This document shows, in pieces, positions 11,853 to 26,150 of a stretch of DNA of 64,000 nt. Each line of letters opens with the position of its first letter. The stretch's first letter is position 1. The DNA is taken from assembly GCF_039654945.1 (NCBI RefSeq), contig NW_027361856.1, positions 3,162,001 to 3,226,000 on the forward strand. The letters are read 5' to 3'. The DNA is from Dendrobates tinctorius. Lineage: Eukaryota. The notes under the pieces were generated by a model that saw only the letters and a list, made by a program, of their open reading frames with translations, did no database searches and was not told where the DNA came from. The position numbers and the translations under genes were made by a program.

Positions 11853-12557
11853 GTATAAGACGACCGGGCGTATAAGACGACCCCCCAACTTTTCCAGTTA
11901 AAATAGAGAATCTTCTTAAAAGTCTGGGGGGGTCTTCTTATATGCCATGTGTCATCTTATATGCCGGGTGTGGAGCAATCTGCATATGGCGGGGGAGGGG
12001 TCCTGATGAAGAAGGGAGGGTGTAAGTGGAGTTATCATCCTCCTTTTACCTCATTGGTGGCAGCGGTGCTATCTGCGGGTCTCTGTGCTGGGGATCGGCA
12101 GCTCCTCCATCTGCAGTGTGGCAGCTCTGCGCTGGGGGTCGACGGCGGCTCTGCTTTGTGCAGCGTGGAGGCTCTGTGCTGGGGGCGGCTTCGGCGGCTC
12201 TCTGTCCAGCGTCGGGGCTCCTCCGGCATTTCCCCATAGCCCGGAGGCCCAGGCAGCTTTATTGCTGCGATGCGGTGGCCTCCGGGAAAATGGACACTGG
12301 AGCCAGCGCGAGCTCAGATTCAGATCTCGTCTCCCGAGATCTCAGGATGAGATCTGAATCTGAGCATCTGGACAAAGAGGAGCTGCCGCCACACTGCTGA
12401 AGGAGGAGCTGCGCACCGCTGCCACCAATGAGGTAAAAGGGGGATGATAACACCACCTACACCCTCCCTTCTTCATCGGGACCACTTCCCCACCATATGC
12501 ACTCGGCGTATAAGATGACCCCTTATTTTAAGAAGATTTTCAGGGGTTAAAAAGTCT
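11853..12557. mobile_element. Palindromic non-autonomous element (pogo/Tc2-like MITE)
   Basis: Repeated TATAAGACGA motifs; long inverted arms at 11985-12070 and 12413-12500; central palindrome ctcagattcagatctc..gagatctgaatctgag. Confidence 0.6.
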
Positions 12558-13894
12558 AATGGAAAACACACAGCGGCTTCAAGGACAGTACTCCCACAGA
12601 TGGGGGGGGTAGAGTACACACAGCAGATAAAAGGACAGAACTCCCACAAACGAGGGGATGTAGAGTATACACAGCTGCTTCAAGGACAGCACTCCCGCAG
12701 TCGGAGTGTGCAGAATACACACAGCAGCTTCAGGACAGTACTCCCACAGGCGGGGGTGCAGAGTACACACAGCAGCTTCAAGGACAGTACTCCCACAGGC
12801 AAGGGGGATGCAGAGTACACACTGCTGCTTAAAGCACAGTACTCCCACGGGCTGAGGAAAAAAAGTACGTACAGCTGCTTAAAGCACAGTACTCCCACAG
12901 GCTGAGGATAAAAAGTACGTACAGCTGCTTAAAGCACAGTACTCCCACAGGCGAAGGGTGAAGAAGACACACAACGGTTCCAAGGAGACTACTCCCTGGA
13001 ACGGGGGGGATGCAGAGTACACACAGCTGCTTCAAGGACAGTACTCTCAGGGTGGGATGTGCAGAATACACACAGCAGCTTCCAGGACAGTACTTCCACA
13101 GGCACAGGGTGTAGAGGACACACAGCAGCTTCCAAGACACTACTCCCACAGGTGGGGTGTGCACAGTGCACACTGCGGCTTGCAGGACACTACTCCCACA
13201 GGCCGGTGGTGCAGAGTATACACAGTGGCTTCAATGACAGTTCTCCCACAGGTGGGGGTGTAGAGTACACATAGCAGCTTAAAAGACAGTACTCCCACAG
13301 GTGGGGGTGCAGAGTACACACACAGGGCTGCCACTAGGAATTTCAGGGCCCCATACTGGCAAAATTTTCAGGGCCCCCTTGAGACTCTGCCCTGGCTCCC
13401 CCCAGACCCGCCCTCCACCCCTCAAACTGTCCACAGCCCCACTGCTCTCTCTTGGAAAAACTCCACTTCTCACCAATCACACATTAACAGTTCCCATCTC
13501 CAGATCACACACATAGCCAGCAGCTCTTGTTATGGCCAAAAGATTTTTTAAATCTGCCACCACAAGGTAGACCCTTTTGGCTGGGCCCTACTCTACTCTA
13601 ACCTATTAAACATTTGCTAAAATATCCAGTACAATTTAGGTATATTTTTTATTTATTTTTCAATTTTTTAAATGACCAATAATATCACATCCAAAGGGAC
13701 AAATACCACCACACCATGTCCAGACACCATATTACCACCACATGGTGACCAATAATACCACATACAAGGAACAAATACAGCCACACCATGACCAGACCAC
13801 ATATTACCACCAGTGACAGAATAATAGCACATACAAGGGGCAATTCCCACCGCACCATGACCATTAGAAAAACATATTACTATCACCATAAGTA

Positions 13895-14410
13895 CCATTA
13901 TACACAGGAGATCTGCACTTAGTATGTAGTGTCTGTGTACAGGTAATACACTGATCACCAGTGACATTATACACAGGAGCTCTGTATATAGTGTATAGTG
14001 TACCGGTAATACAGTGATCACCAGTGACATTATACACAGGAACTCTGTATATAGTGTCAGTATACAGGTAATACAGTGATCACCGGTGACATTATACACA
14101 GGAACTCTGTATATAGTGTCAGTGTACAGGTAATACAGTGATCACCAGTGACATTATACACAGAAGCACTGTATATAGTGTCAGTGTACATGTAATACAG
14201 TGATCACTGGTGACATTATGTACAGGACCTCTGTATATAGTGCCAGTGTACAGGTAATACAGTGATCACCGGTGACATTATGTACAGGACCTCTGTATAT
14301 AGTGCCAGTGTACAGGTAATACAGTGATCACTGGTGACATTGTTCAAATTCACTCTGTATATAGTGTATAGTGTCATTGTACAGGTAACACACTGACTCA
14401 CCAGTGACGT
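13895..14410. repeat. ~62-bp tandem repeat inside the hAT element
   Basis: gtgacattatacacagg..gtacaggtaatacagtgatcac repeated about 8 times. Confidence 0.9.
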
Positions 14411-14829
14411 CTCTAGGTAAAGTCCTTCATCTTTGATTTTCATCTTTCATCCAGCACAGATCGCCATCACGTCTTCCAGCCAGGGCTCGTCTCTGCAGGA
14501 AATAACACAGTTATCTAGAGCTCCACTTGCAGAACACATTACTTAATTTTTTTCCCAACTTCTACACTACACCAGATGAAGAAAAAAGGTGACATAGTGT
14601 CACTCTGCACAGTAACAGAACCTCCCACATTTAAAACAGTATCCTCAAAAAAATAAAATAAATACATCACTGCAGTAATAATATCCCTTAATTAGCCCCT
14701 ATGGTAATAATATCCCCCATCCTGGCTCCAGCCATATTTTCTCTCATCCTGCCCTCATGAGTATCCATTTTTCCCCCACATGATCTCCAGATCCTGCCCC
14801 ATCTGTCTACATCGTATCCATCCTGCCCC

Positions 14830-16090
14830 ATGATCCTGCACCATGTGTCTCCCATCCTGCCCCCTGTGTCTCAAATTCTGCCCCCTGCTGTGTCTCACTG
14901 TCACATTCTGCCCCCTCCTGTGTCTCACTGTCACATTCTGCCCCGTGCCTCACATTCTGCCCCCTCCTGTGTTTCACTGTCACATTCTGTCCTGTGTCTC
15001 ACTGTCAAATTCTGCACCCTCCTGTGTCTCACTGTCACATTCTGCCCCCTCTTGTGTCTTACTGTCACATTATGCCCCAATGTCCATTCTGACCCCATTT
15101 CTCACATTCTGCCCCCATGGTCATTCTGCCCCCGTGTCTCGCATTTGGCCCCTCCTGTGTCTCACTGTCACATTCTTCCCCCTCCTGTGTCTCACTGTCA
15201 CATTCTGCCCCCTCCTGTGTCTCACTGTCACATTCTGCCCCATGTCTCACATTCTGCCCCCTCCTGTGTCTCATTGTCACATTCTGCCCCCTCCTCTGTC
15301 TCACGGTCACATTCTGCCCCCATGTCTCACATTCTGCCCCCTCCTTTGTCTCAGTGTCACATTTTGCCCCCTCCTGTTTTACTGTCACATTCTGCCCCCA
15401 TGTCTTGCATTCTGCCCCCACGTCCTGCATTCTGCCCTCATGTCTCACATTATGCCCCATGTCTTGCATTATGCCCCCATGTCTCACATTCTGCCCCTTC
15501 CTGTGTATCACTGTCACATTCTGCCCCCATATCTTGCATTCTGCCTCCATGTCCTGCATTCAGCCCCATGTCTTGCATTTTGCCCCCATGTCTTGCATTC
15601 TGCCCCCATGTCTTGTATTCTGCCCCCATGTCTTGCAGTCTGCCATCAACATCATGTCTGCATTATGCCCCCATGTCTTGCATTCTGCCCCCATGTCTCG
15701 CATTCTGCCCCCATCATGTCTGCATTCTGCCCCCATGTCTCGCATTCTGCCCCCATGATTCGTATTCTGCCCCATGTCTGCATTCTGCCCCCATGTCTCG
15801 CATTCTGCCCCCATGTATCGCATTCTGCCTCATGTCTTGCAATCTGCCTCCATGTCTTGTATTCTGCCACCATGTCTTGTATTCTGCCCCCATGTCTGCA
15901 TTCTGTCCCATGTCTTGCATTCTACCCCATGTCTTGCATTTTGCCCCCGTGTCTACATATTTGCCCCTATGTGTCTCCAATCCTGCCCCCTGTCTCCATA
16001 TCTGCCCCTGTGTGTCTCCAATCTTGTGCCCTATCTCCATATTTGCCCTTGTGTGTCTCAAATCCTGCCCCCATGTCTCCATTCTGCCAG
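14830..16090. repeat. Minisatellite of 20-30-bp units (cacattctgccccc) inside the hAT element
   Basis: Continuous degenerate repeats; source of the low-complexity ORFs in all frames. Confidence 0.92.
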
Positions 16091-16674
16091 GGAAACATAT
16101 TGCCCTTTTGAATAATAAAATAAAATAAAAACTTTCTTCTTACCTGACCTCGCTCCTGCGCTGAAGATGGAGCTGCTGCTGTGTGAGTTGAAAGGACCTG
16201 TGGTGACGTCACTGTCATGTGATCAGGGGGCGGAGCTTATCAATCCTGAAGGCCTGTGATAATGATGACGTCACCACAGGTCCTTCAGCACTTTTCTAAC
16301 TTTCGTATGTCAGGCGCTATGGCGGCTCTGCTGATGTGTGCACTGCAGGCCCGGCCGCAGCGCACACTTGGGGCCCGCCCGACGCCCCTATGACGCACAG
16401 CACTTGGGGCCTGACGACTGGCAGCACAGGAGTGGGGCCCCTGATCTGTGGGCCCCCTTCTGTACTGTTCACCGGGCCCCATCCAGCAGTAAGGGCTGTC
16501 ATGCCCTGATGGCGGCCCTGTACACACAGATTCTTCCACGACACTATTCTCACAGGTGGGGGGGGCAGTTTACACACAGCGGATTCCAAGACACTACTCC
16601 CAAAGGTGGGGTGTGCATAGTGCACACAGCGGCTTCCAGAACAGTACTCCCACAGGTGGGGGGTGCAGAGTACA

Positions 16675-17472
16675 TGTACAGAGATAGACTGGGCTAGGGA
16701 AGCTTCTTGTGCGTCTGGACTGGAACCATCAGAGCTGTCACCATTGTTGCGGGGGGGGGAAGTACTTTCTGACCAGAGCAGACCTTTGCACCTGACTGCA
16801 GGGGGCGGGTTTGGGATAAAAAGGGCTGAGCACGCGAAAGGGGAACTTCTGGCGGGAAGACTGAGAACACGCAAGAAGTTTGACTCCGTCTCCACTGTTC
16901 CTCGCCAATCAGCAGGTCGACGCCATGGCTTACCTCCCTCTATGCACTCAGCCTGCGACCAGAGCTGAGCTCACAACAGACTTCCACACTTGTGAGCTCT
17001 GATTGGACTGCACCCCTCACAGTGCCGGACAGTCATTATCAAACGGACCACGCACAACGCGCTGATAACCAGGTCTCCACTTCGGCCTCCTTTGTTGCCC
17101 ATGTGTTCTTCTATCTTACACCCGAACCCCGCATCAGGTAAAGCCAAGAACCTTCGTTTAGTCAAGAGACATTGCTTCCACGTCATCCAGGATCACTTCC
17201 GAGACTTCTCCTGTCACCTGCGCCGACACAGTGGAATCATGTAACCCTGACCGGCCGGGAGCTACAGGCTGATAAGTTTGATCCATTCCTTTACCAATTG
17301 TTGTTAGCGTTAGACCTACACTGCTCATCTTTCCTGTAATTTTACTAATTTGCTTTTGTGTTCTCCCTGCATGGAGTACTGATTGCCGAATTATCTCTGC
17401 ATAAAATACCCGTTAACTCTTGTTCTGCTTCCTGCTCGTCACTGCATCCTGCTTTCCTGCTAGAACCTTACA
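16675..17472. mobile_element. Solo LTR (798 bp)
   Basis: TGTA...TACA termini with 4-bp TSD TACA, inside the minisatellite. Confidence 0.78.
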
Positions 17473-17715
17473 TACACACAGCAGCTCCCAGGACAGTACT
17501 CCTACAGGTGAAGGGTGCACAGTACACATAGCAGCTTCCAAGACACTACTCCCACAGGTGGGTGTGCAAAGTACACACAGCGGCTTCAAGGACAGTACTT
17601 CCACAGGTGGGGGGTGCACAGTACACACAGCGGCTTCAAGGATACTACTCCCACAGGAGGGGGGTGCAGAGTACATACAGTAGCTTAAAGGACAGTACTC
17701 CCACAGGCGGGGTGA

Positions 17716-20700
17716 GGGTGCCAGCGGAGAAGGTGCCTGACAAGGTAGGATTCGAACTCTGCCAATACCAACAGTCATCCTGGACATTGGTGGTTGAGGT
17801 AGGCCGGACTGAACCCCTACCGAAGAACAGACGGGAGTGGATCGGGAAATACTGACCTCCTTGGAGTTAGAGCAGTTGGAAAGTGTTTTGTGGGAGCATC
17901 AAGAGACCTTTTCACGACATGGGGAGGACTTTGGATGTGCCCAGGCGATTGAGCATGAGATCCCCATGGGGCATACTCCTCCCATTAGGGAAAGATATCG
18001 TCAAATCCCGCCGGCGCTCTATCAAGAGGTGAAGATCGTGGTGGCCAGTATGCTGGACAATCAAGTGATCCGAGAGTGCCAGAGTCCCTGGTCGGCTCCT
18101 GTAGTCTTGGTCCGGAAGAAGGATGGGACCCTTCGATTTTGTGTGCAAAAAAAGTCAAAAATTGAATGCCCACACGGTATGGGATGCATATCCTTTTCCT
18201 CGTATTGAAGAATTCCTGTCGGCATTGGGTCGGGCCAAGTATTTCTCGACGTTGGATTTGGTAAGTGGTTACTGGCAGGTCCCAATGGCCGAAAAAGATC
18301 GGGCCAAGACAGTATTTGTCTTGCCAATGGGGCTCTATGAGTTCAACCGGATGCCCTTCGGCCTCACTACCGCCCCCGGGAACCTTCCAATGTCTGACGG
18401 AACATTGCTTAAGTTCAATATAGAATAACTGCACATGTGGAATATGCTTAAAGTGAACTTTTTATTTTATTTGATGGTGATGAAGCAACAGAAACATTGC
18501 TTAGGCGATCTAAATTTTGAATCAGTCCTGATATATCCAGATGACATCATGGTGTTCGTTGCCTAATTTGAAAATCATCTTGAAAAGCTGCATCATGCTC
18601 TCTGGCGACTCAGTAGCTGCGGCCTGAAAATAAAGCCCAAAAAAGTCAACTGTTCCATAATCAGATTGAGTATTTGGGGCACCTGGTGACCCCAGACGGG
18701 GTGCTACCTGTGGCCAGTAAGGTTAAGGCGGTGCAAGAGTGGCTGCCTCCATGACCTGCAAGAAGTGCAGGCCTTCCTGGGTGTAGCAGGATACTATCGA
18801 CGGTTTGTGCCTCAATTCTCACAAGTGGTGCATCCCCTAAAAGAACTTTTAAGAGGGACAGTGCTGGGTTCTTGAAACTGCCCCATTCAATGAGGGCCCC
18901 AGCAGGAAATTGCGTTTGATGAAGTGAAAACCGCCCAAGCGAGTACCCCGTTGTTGGCATATACCCGGTTTGACACCCCTTTTCTGTTGTACACAGAAGG
19001 TATTCTTCATGGATTGGGGAAAGTACTAGCACAGGTTCACGATGGCTGAAAGCGAGTGATTGCCTATGGCAGCAGGTCTTTAAGAGACTCCGAGCAAAAT
19101 TCGGATAACTACAGCTCCTTCCAGCTGGAATTGCTGGCTCTGGTGTGGGCAATGACAGAAGGCTTTGCCGAGTATCTAACAGGAGCTGAGGTGCTAATCA
19201 TGACAGATAACAACCCGCTGGCTCACTTAGAGAATACAAAACTGGGAATGTTGGAGCAGCGGTGGGTCGCCTGCCTTGCCAAGTTCAATTATCGCATTAA
19301 ATTCCGCTCTGGCCAAGAAAACGGAAATGCAGATGTGTTGTCAAGGGTACCCCTTGGGGACACTGAAATTCCAGCCTTGGGGCAGATGCCTATCTTCCGA
19401 AGTGTGGTACACTCAAGTATGGTGGCATCCGGGATAAAACGACCTCAGACTGGGCAAAGGTCCAGGATGAGTGCCCAGACATTGCACTTGTGCGTCGTTG
19501 GGTACAAAATGAGGTCTGGCCCAGTGCAGAGGACAAGGTTCAACTGTCCACACAAGGAATGAAATTATTGCGACAATTGGATAAGTTGTGTGTGGAATGG
19601 GGCCTTTTGTATCGTAAGGTGTACCTAACCTCTGAGCTGCAGCACCAGTACCAACTGATAATCCCTGTGTCGATGGGTCCAGTGGTTACTCGCAAGGCGC
19701 ATTAGAAGGGCGATCACTTTGGAAGTGAAAAGACACTTCAGTGGTTGCAGAAAGTCCTCTAATGCCCTGAGTTGGGAGGGATGGTGGCAGACGCGTGTCA
19801 GCAGTGTCAGGTCTGCGGGCTCAGCAAAAGCCCTGAGCAGCGGGCTCCCACACAGTCTATTAAGACTTCCGCTCTGCTAGAGCTACTCATGATTGACTAC
19901 GTTCTGATAGAGTACTCTACGTCGGGATACTCCTATTGCCTGGTAATGAAAGATCACTTTACCAAGTATGCTGTAGCTGTGGCCAACCAGTAATTTGCAC
20001 CGTAACATGCTACAACGGTGCTGGTTTGAAGATGCGATTCCCATTCCCATGGAGTCAGAGGCTGCATCCCAAAGAATGGATACTCTTAGTGATCTTTGAT
20101 ATGATGGTGTGCCTTCTCCTGTGCCTGCTTATTTGCCCCCTTTGACCAATCTGTCCCCTTGTGATGAGAGTGTTGAGAATGTGGTTGATCCTGCTGAGGA
20201 GAGAGCATCAAGTCAGCTGCTTGGTCCTGATGCTGTGTCACAGGACGCCGTACCACAGGAGGAGGCAACCTCACTTGCGCCCTCTGACAACTCCACGGAA
20301 GAGGCTTCCGCTCCCTCTGGGGCTGCGCCTGTTGGAGTAGGCCTCAGGTGAACTACCCGATCTATGGCAGAAATACCGCCCCAGCGATATGCTCAGGATG
20401 ACTTTATGTGGGGAGGTATGTTGGGGACGCCATCCTCTAGTGGGGTGGCATGTAAGAGCGTGAACTGTGATTACACCAGGAGAGCACTCGGACCCTGTGG
20501 TGTTTGCCTGCTGCAGCTAAGAGCAGGTGCTGCAAGTGCCTGGGGATCTGTGTGTGCTGGGAGTAGGGCCTAGTGTCAGCTGTCTAGAGCTGTAAGGGAA
20601 GCTTCCAGAAGAAGAGAGACCGCCCTGAGAGACACTGTGTATGGAGCAGCTTGTGAGAAGCAAAGAGATTGAACGCTGTAAGAGACTATTTACTGCAACC

Positions 20701-21457
20701 ACTTCATCTTGGGAGCTTGAGACCTTGCTGTGGAACAAATACTGAGCGCTCCTGAGAGCTGTGTGACTGGGGAGCTCTGTGGATTCCCTGTTGTGATGAG
20801 CTGAGAAGCAATATTGGACAGACATTTTATACAGAAACAGGCATATTGCTTCTAGGAGAATTGGTGAGGACTAAAGGAGGAGAGAGCGCATCTTGAGGCT
20901 ACAGAACTATAAGTTCCCGGCGTTTGGGCTCGACAACGGCTGACAAGACAAGGAACTTTGTGTTGCTGCAACTGATTGGTGCCGAAGATTTGAGACTGGC
21001 TAATGCAATCTATATGCCTGAGAGGAGATTCACCTCAGGTTAAAGGTACCATAGTCATAGATACCCAGGTATCCCTAGTTGAAGCGCTTGAGGACCTTTG
21101 TATTGTACTTATATGTATTGTTATTATAGGTACTGTATGTGTAGGTTATACTCAGTGTGCCATTCCAGGGGGTCCCTTGATATCACTACATTCAATTTAC
21201 ACCTGTTCTCTAAGTACTTGAACTGACCTTTCTGATTTATTTCAAATCCCTGTGTAATACACTTTTCAGGGAACCTTGGATTGGCATAGTAATTTCAGCT
21301 CTGGCTGAGTGAGTGTACTGCATAAGGGTATTCAATTTGTTTCTTCCATATACTAAGTTCTACTTTATCTGCTGTTTGAGTAAAAACTCTTTTGGGATTT
21401 CTGCCTCAGTCTCGGTTTGTAACCTACTCCATCTTATTCGGACCTCTGGTCATTACA
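17716..21457 (+). mobile_element. Gypsy/Ty3 retrotransposon, 5'-truncated pol (RT, RNase H, partial integrase) plus 3' LTR at 20451-21457
   Basis: SPWSAPVVLVRKKDGTLRFCV, FSTLDLVSGYWQVPM, MPFGL, IAYGSRSL, TDNNPLAHL, KDHFTKYA; purine tract GTGGGGTGGCA then TGTAA...TTACA. Confidence 0.9.
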
Positions 21458-22039
21458 GGTGAAGAGTACACATAGCGGCTTAAAATACAGTTCTCCCACA
21501 GGCGAGGGGTGCAGAGTACACATAGCGGCTTAAAGGACAATACTCCCACAGACGGGGTGGCGCAGTGTACACACAGCAGCTTAAAGGACAGTACTCCCAC
21601 GAGTAGAGGGGTGCAGTGTACACACAACAGCTTATAGGCACAGTACTCCCACAGGTGAGGGGTGCAGATGGAGCGCCCCTAGGGTCGCGGGTTACTCGGT
21701 ACCGGGCCGGTGACTTAAATGGATGTGTCACGGCAGCAGTGACCCTGTCCGTGGCCCTGGGCGTCCAATGGAAGGGAAATATTTACAAAGGAAATAAGAG
21801 TTTGTAATAAAGTGTTCGTGACGCCACCTGTGGTTTCTGATCAGAGGTGACCAGTGCTGCAGAGCAGATCCTCTGGGATTGATGGTAATGCAGCAGAGTT
21901 GGTATAGCTCTCCACAGGCAGAGCTTTGTCTCAGGGCAGCGGTGTAGTCAAGATGTTGTGTTTGATGGTGGTAGATGTAGCAGAGTTTGGTAGGTGACCC
22001 AGGAAGAATTAGAGGACACAGCTGGGTGCAGTTCCAAAG

Positions 22040-22705
22040 ATTTATTCAGTAATGAAAAAGTTTCCAGCTTCCAAAAACATACAAAAATTTATTCAAGACA
22101 TAAGAACAAGGATAAACAGACATGCCCCATCATAGCGGAAAGACAAAGCAACGCGTATCGAACAATATGTTCTTTTTCAAGCTGCTTTGGGGTGAACATA
22201 ATGGGAGATATATACTACCACCCACCAATCAAGTTACAACACGCATGGTGTATAATCACAATAAAATTACATACCAAAAAAAAAAGCAATAGCTAAAAAC
22301 AATCTAATATAAGATGTATTACCAGGTATGGAAAATATATACATGAACAATTCCAATGTGCAACAGAGAAAAAAAAATATATGTACATTCAATAGTGAAA
22401 CATAATCTCTTTGCGTGCATTCAATCCATTTGGGACACAGGTTTTAAGCTGAAACATCCAGAAAGCTTCTCTCATCATAAGGCGTCTTTTAAGATCACGG
22501 CCTCTCAACGGAACACATACTTTCTCAATTCCCATCACTTGAAACAAAGATATATTTCTTTGATGTTGGAAAATAAAATGTTTGGAGGCAACAGATATAT
22601 TCCGAATGGAGCTGCCAAGAGAAATTATGTCAGTTATGTAATCAGAAATTCTTATTTTTAACTTTCTCATGGTACAACCCACAAAATTCAGTTTGTAATC
22701 TGTGC
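22040..22705 (-). mobile_element. Penelope-like element 3' fragment (GIY-YIG endonuclease C-terminus)
   Basis: FVGCTMRKLKIRISDY..SKHF..GIEKV..REAFWMFQLKTCVPNGLN. Confidence 0.75.
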
Positions 22706-25503
22706 ACATAGTAACATAGTTATTAAGGTTGAAGGAAGACTTTAAGTCCATCTAGTTCAACCCATATCCTATCCTAACTTGCCCTAACATGTTGATCCAG
22801 AGGAAGGCAAAAAAAACCCATGTGGCAAACAGTAAGATTCACATTGGGGAAAAAAATTCCTTCCCGACTCCACATACGGCAATCAGACTAGCTCCCTGGA
22901 TCAACGCAATATTAAGGAAACTAGTGTATATACCCTGTAATATTATACTTTTCAAGAAAGGCATCCAGTCCCTTCTTAAATTTTAGTAGGGAATCACTCA
23001 TTACAACATCATATGGCAGAGAGTTCCATAGTCTCACTGCTCTTACAGTAAAGAATCCGCGTCTGTGAGAATGCTTAAACCTTCTTTCCTCCAGACGTAG
23101 AGGATGCCCCCTTGTCCCCGTCACAGGTCTAAGAGTAAAAAGATCATTAGAAAGGTCTTTGTACTGTCCCCGCATATATTTATACATTGTAATAAGATCA
23201 CCCCTAAGCCTTTGATTTTCCAAACTAAATAACCCCAAGTGTAATAACCTGTCTTGGTATTGCAGACCCCCCAGTTCCCTAATAACCTTGGTCGCTCTTC
23301 TCTGCACCCGCTCCAATTCAGCTATGTCTTTCTTATACACCGGAGACCAGAACTGTACACAGTATTCTAAGTGTGGTCGCACTAGTGACTTATATAGAGG
23401 TAAAATTATGTTCTCCTCATGAGCATCTATGCCTCTTTTAATGCATCCCATTATTTTATTTGCCTTTGCAGCAGCTGCCTGACACTGGCCACTAAATGTG
23501 AGTTTGTCGTCCACCCATACACCCAGGTCTTTTTCAGTGACAGTTTTGCCCAGTGTTTTACAATTAAGCACATAATTATACATCTTGTTCGCTCTACCCA
23601 AGTGCATGACCTTACATTTATCCCCATTAAAGCTCATTTGCCATTTATCAGCCCAAGCTTCTAGTTTACATAAATCCTCCTGCAATATAAAATTGTCTTC
23701 CTCTGTATTGATTAGCCTGCAGAGTTTAGTGTCATCTGCAAATATTGAAATTCTACTCTCTATGCCCCCTACAAGGTCAATAATAAATATGTTAAAAAGA
23801 AGCGGGCCCAAAACTGACCACTGTGGTACCCCACTGCTAGCCGTGACCCAGTCCGAGTGTGCTCCATTAATTACCACCCTTTGTTTCCTATCCCTGAACC
23901 AGCTCTTAACCCACTTACACATATTTTCCCCTATCCCCATTGTTCTCATTTTATGTATCAACCTTTTGTGTGGCACCGTATCAAAAGCTTTTGAAAAGTC
24001 CATGTACACCACGTCACTGCATTCCCTTTGTCCAGTCCAGAAGTTACCTCTTCATAAAAGCTTATCAGACTAGTCTGACAGGAACGGTCCGTTGTAAACC
24101 CATGTTGATATTGGGTCATGAGGTTATTCTTCTCCAGATACTCCAGTATAGTATCTCTTAGAAAACCCTCCAGGATTTTACCCACAGTTGAGGTTAAACT
24201 TACTGGCCTATAATTTCAAAGTTCAGTTTTTGTCCCCTTTTTGAATATTGGCACCACATTTGCTATACGCCAGTCCTGTGGTACAGAACCTGTTATTATG
24301 GAATCTTTAAAGATTAAAAATAATGGTCTATGTTATGAATGTGTAACCGAGGAGTAAAAAAACACAACAAGCTAAGTCTCAGAAAACCAGAGAAGTTGGT
24401 AACTAAGCAGATTGCAGATCCCTGATCTTAACCGCACAACTAGCAGCAGTCGTGGAGCATTCCTATGATGGTTCTAGATGTCTCATCACAACCGGAGAAC
24501 TACATAAGCCTAAAGCAGGAAAAAAGGAAAACTAACTGCCCCAGAGCAGACCCCAAAGGAAAGACAGCCCCCCACATGTATTGACGGTGAAAAAAGATGA
24601 AAATACAAACAAAGGCAGGAAAATAGGCTGAGCAAACGATGGGGCCTGGCTAACTAAAAAGGACAGGAAAGGAAAAACACTGTCTGCCATCTGCCAAAAA
24701 GAAACCTACAAAAATATTGTCCAACACTTCAGATAGCAAAATTATCCCTGAAGTCACTAGACTTCTGAACCTATATCAGCACTCTGAAATATTCTGAGAC
24801 AGAGCAAAAAATAGGCCAATCTAATAAGGAACAAAAAGCAGAATGGCAAATACTGATTAATAGGAGTGGAAATTCAGCATAACCCCAGCAGGGGCAGACT
24901 GATTACACAAAAAACTGAATTGACCAACAAGCGCAAGTGTGAACATTAGCAAAAAACAAACTTAACTTGAGAAAACTGGAAGAGAGCTGAAGCCCAGGAC
25001 CTGAGAAGCAGACTGAATCACCAGCAACAGGATAGGGCGTCGGCTGTCTTATATCCAGTCTGATACTCCAGAGATCCAATCATTATCTTCCTCATCAGGT
25101 GGCAGATCACTACCACTTAAACCAACCGCACTACCTCCTGTCACCACCAGAGGGAGAATGAAAGGGGAACTCTCAACTGGTGAAGCAGAAAATGAGTTCA
25201 TGACAGGTCTATCTATGACTGTACTTAATTCCTGCAGTACTCGTGGGTGTATCCCATCCGGGCCCGGGTATTTGTCAATTTTAGTGATTTTTAGACGCCG
25301 CCGTACTTCCTGCTGGGTTAGGCAGGTGACATTTAATGGGATTTTATTGTGTAAATGCTGTTGAAAAAAAGTAATTTAGCATATTGGCTTTTTCCTCATC
25401 CTCATCCACCATTTCACCCAGACTATTTTTAAGGGGACAAACACTATCATTTTTTAGCTTCTTACTATTTATGTAGATAAAGAATATTTTGGGATTATTT
25501 TTA
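22706..25503 (-). mobile_element. CR1 LINE, 5'-truncated ORF2 (reverse transcriptase)
   Basis: DFSKAFDTVPH, GVPQWSVLGP, FADDTK, LYKSLVRPHLEYC; ACTATGTT-type tail at 22706. Confidence 0.93.
24331..25205. mobile_element. Solo LTR nested in CR1
   Basis: TGTTATGA...TCATGACA termini flanked by GGTCTA direct repeats. Confidence 0.78.
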
Positions 25504-26150
25504 CATGTTCTTGTCGGGAATAACCTCTAGGACCCTGGATCCTATGTGTCTGCCTTTTCAGTGAATAATTGTGGATTTGACTGCAGCACTTGCAATGCTC
25601 GTAGCCTCTGGTTGATCTAGCTGAGTCCTTTGTTCACTCCACTAGTTTTAGGACCAGTCCCTATACTGCGACTTGATCCCTCCACCAGACGTTAGCTGGT
25701 GTGGAACAGCCCCTTAGACATCTGCCTGTGCCTCTAGGATCCCTTCCCTCTTCAGGGAGCTTCCTTCCTTAGAGCGCCTCCTGACAGGGAGCTGCTTCAC
25801 ACACATGTTTCCACTTCCTCCCCTACTGACAGACTCCTGACTAAACTCTTTTCTCGCTCTCATCCCACTAGCTCCACTCACCTCTCAACACCCTTTACCA
25901 CCCAGGAAGGGTTGAGATCCTCCTATAGGGTACATCCAGATGCCCTGCTGCTATAGGGTGTGTGTTGGGTGCAGGTATTAGAGTCCTGTGAGGTGCTCCC
26001 TCCTTACCTGAGAGTAGGGTATCACACCTCTGGTTGAGGTGCAGTACCTCTATGGCTACTGAACTCTCAGGGGCGCCACACAGAGTACACACAGCAGCTT
26101 AAAGGCACAGTGCTCCCACAGGTGGGGAGGCAGAGTACACAGCGGCTTAA

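Larger units (their letters stand above)
13323..16520. mobile_element. Non-autonomous hAT element with internal tandem repeats
   Basis: TIRs CAGGGCTGCCA / TGGCGGCCCTG; perfect 8-bp TSD TACACACA (13315-13322, 16521-16528). Confidence 0.88.
21669..26080. mobile_element. Solo LTR interrupted by Penelope, CR1 and another LTR
   Basis: Termini TGGAGCGCCCC / GGGGCGCCACA; TSD CAGA; same family as 41704-42880. Confidence 0.82.

Noticed and set aside
12567-13322. Repeat pattern resembling a CRISPR array
   Set aside because: Degenerate head-to-tail minisatellite with no unique spacers, no cas genes and a eukaryotic context.
14830-16128. Long Cys/His/Pro-rich ORFs (432 and 422 aa)
   Set aside because: They are translations of a minisatellite that is open in several frames on both strands.
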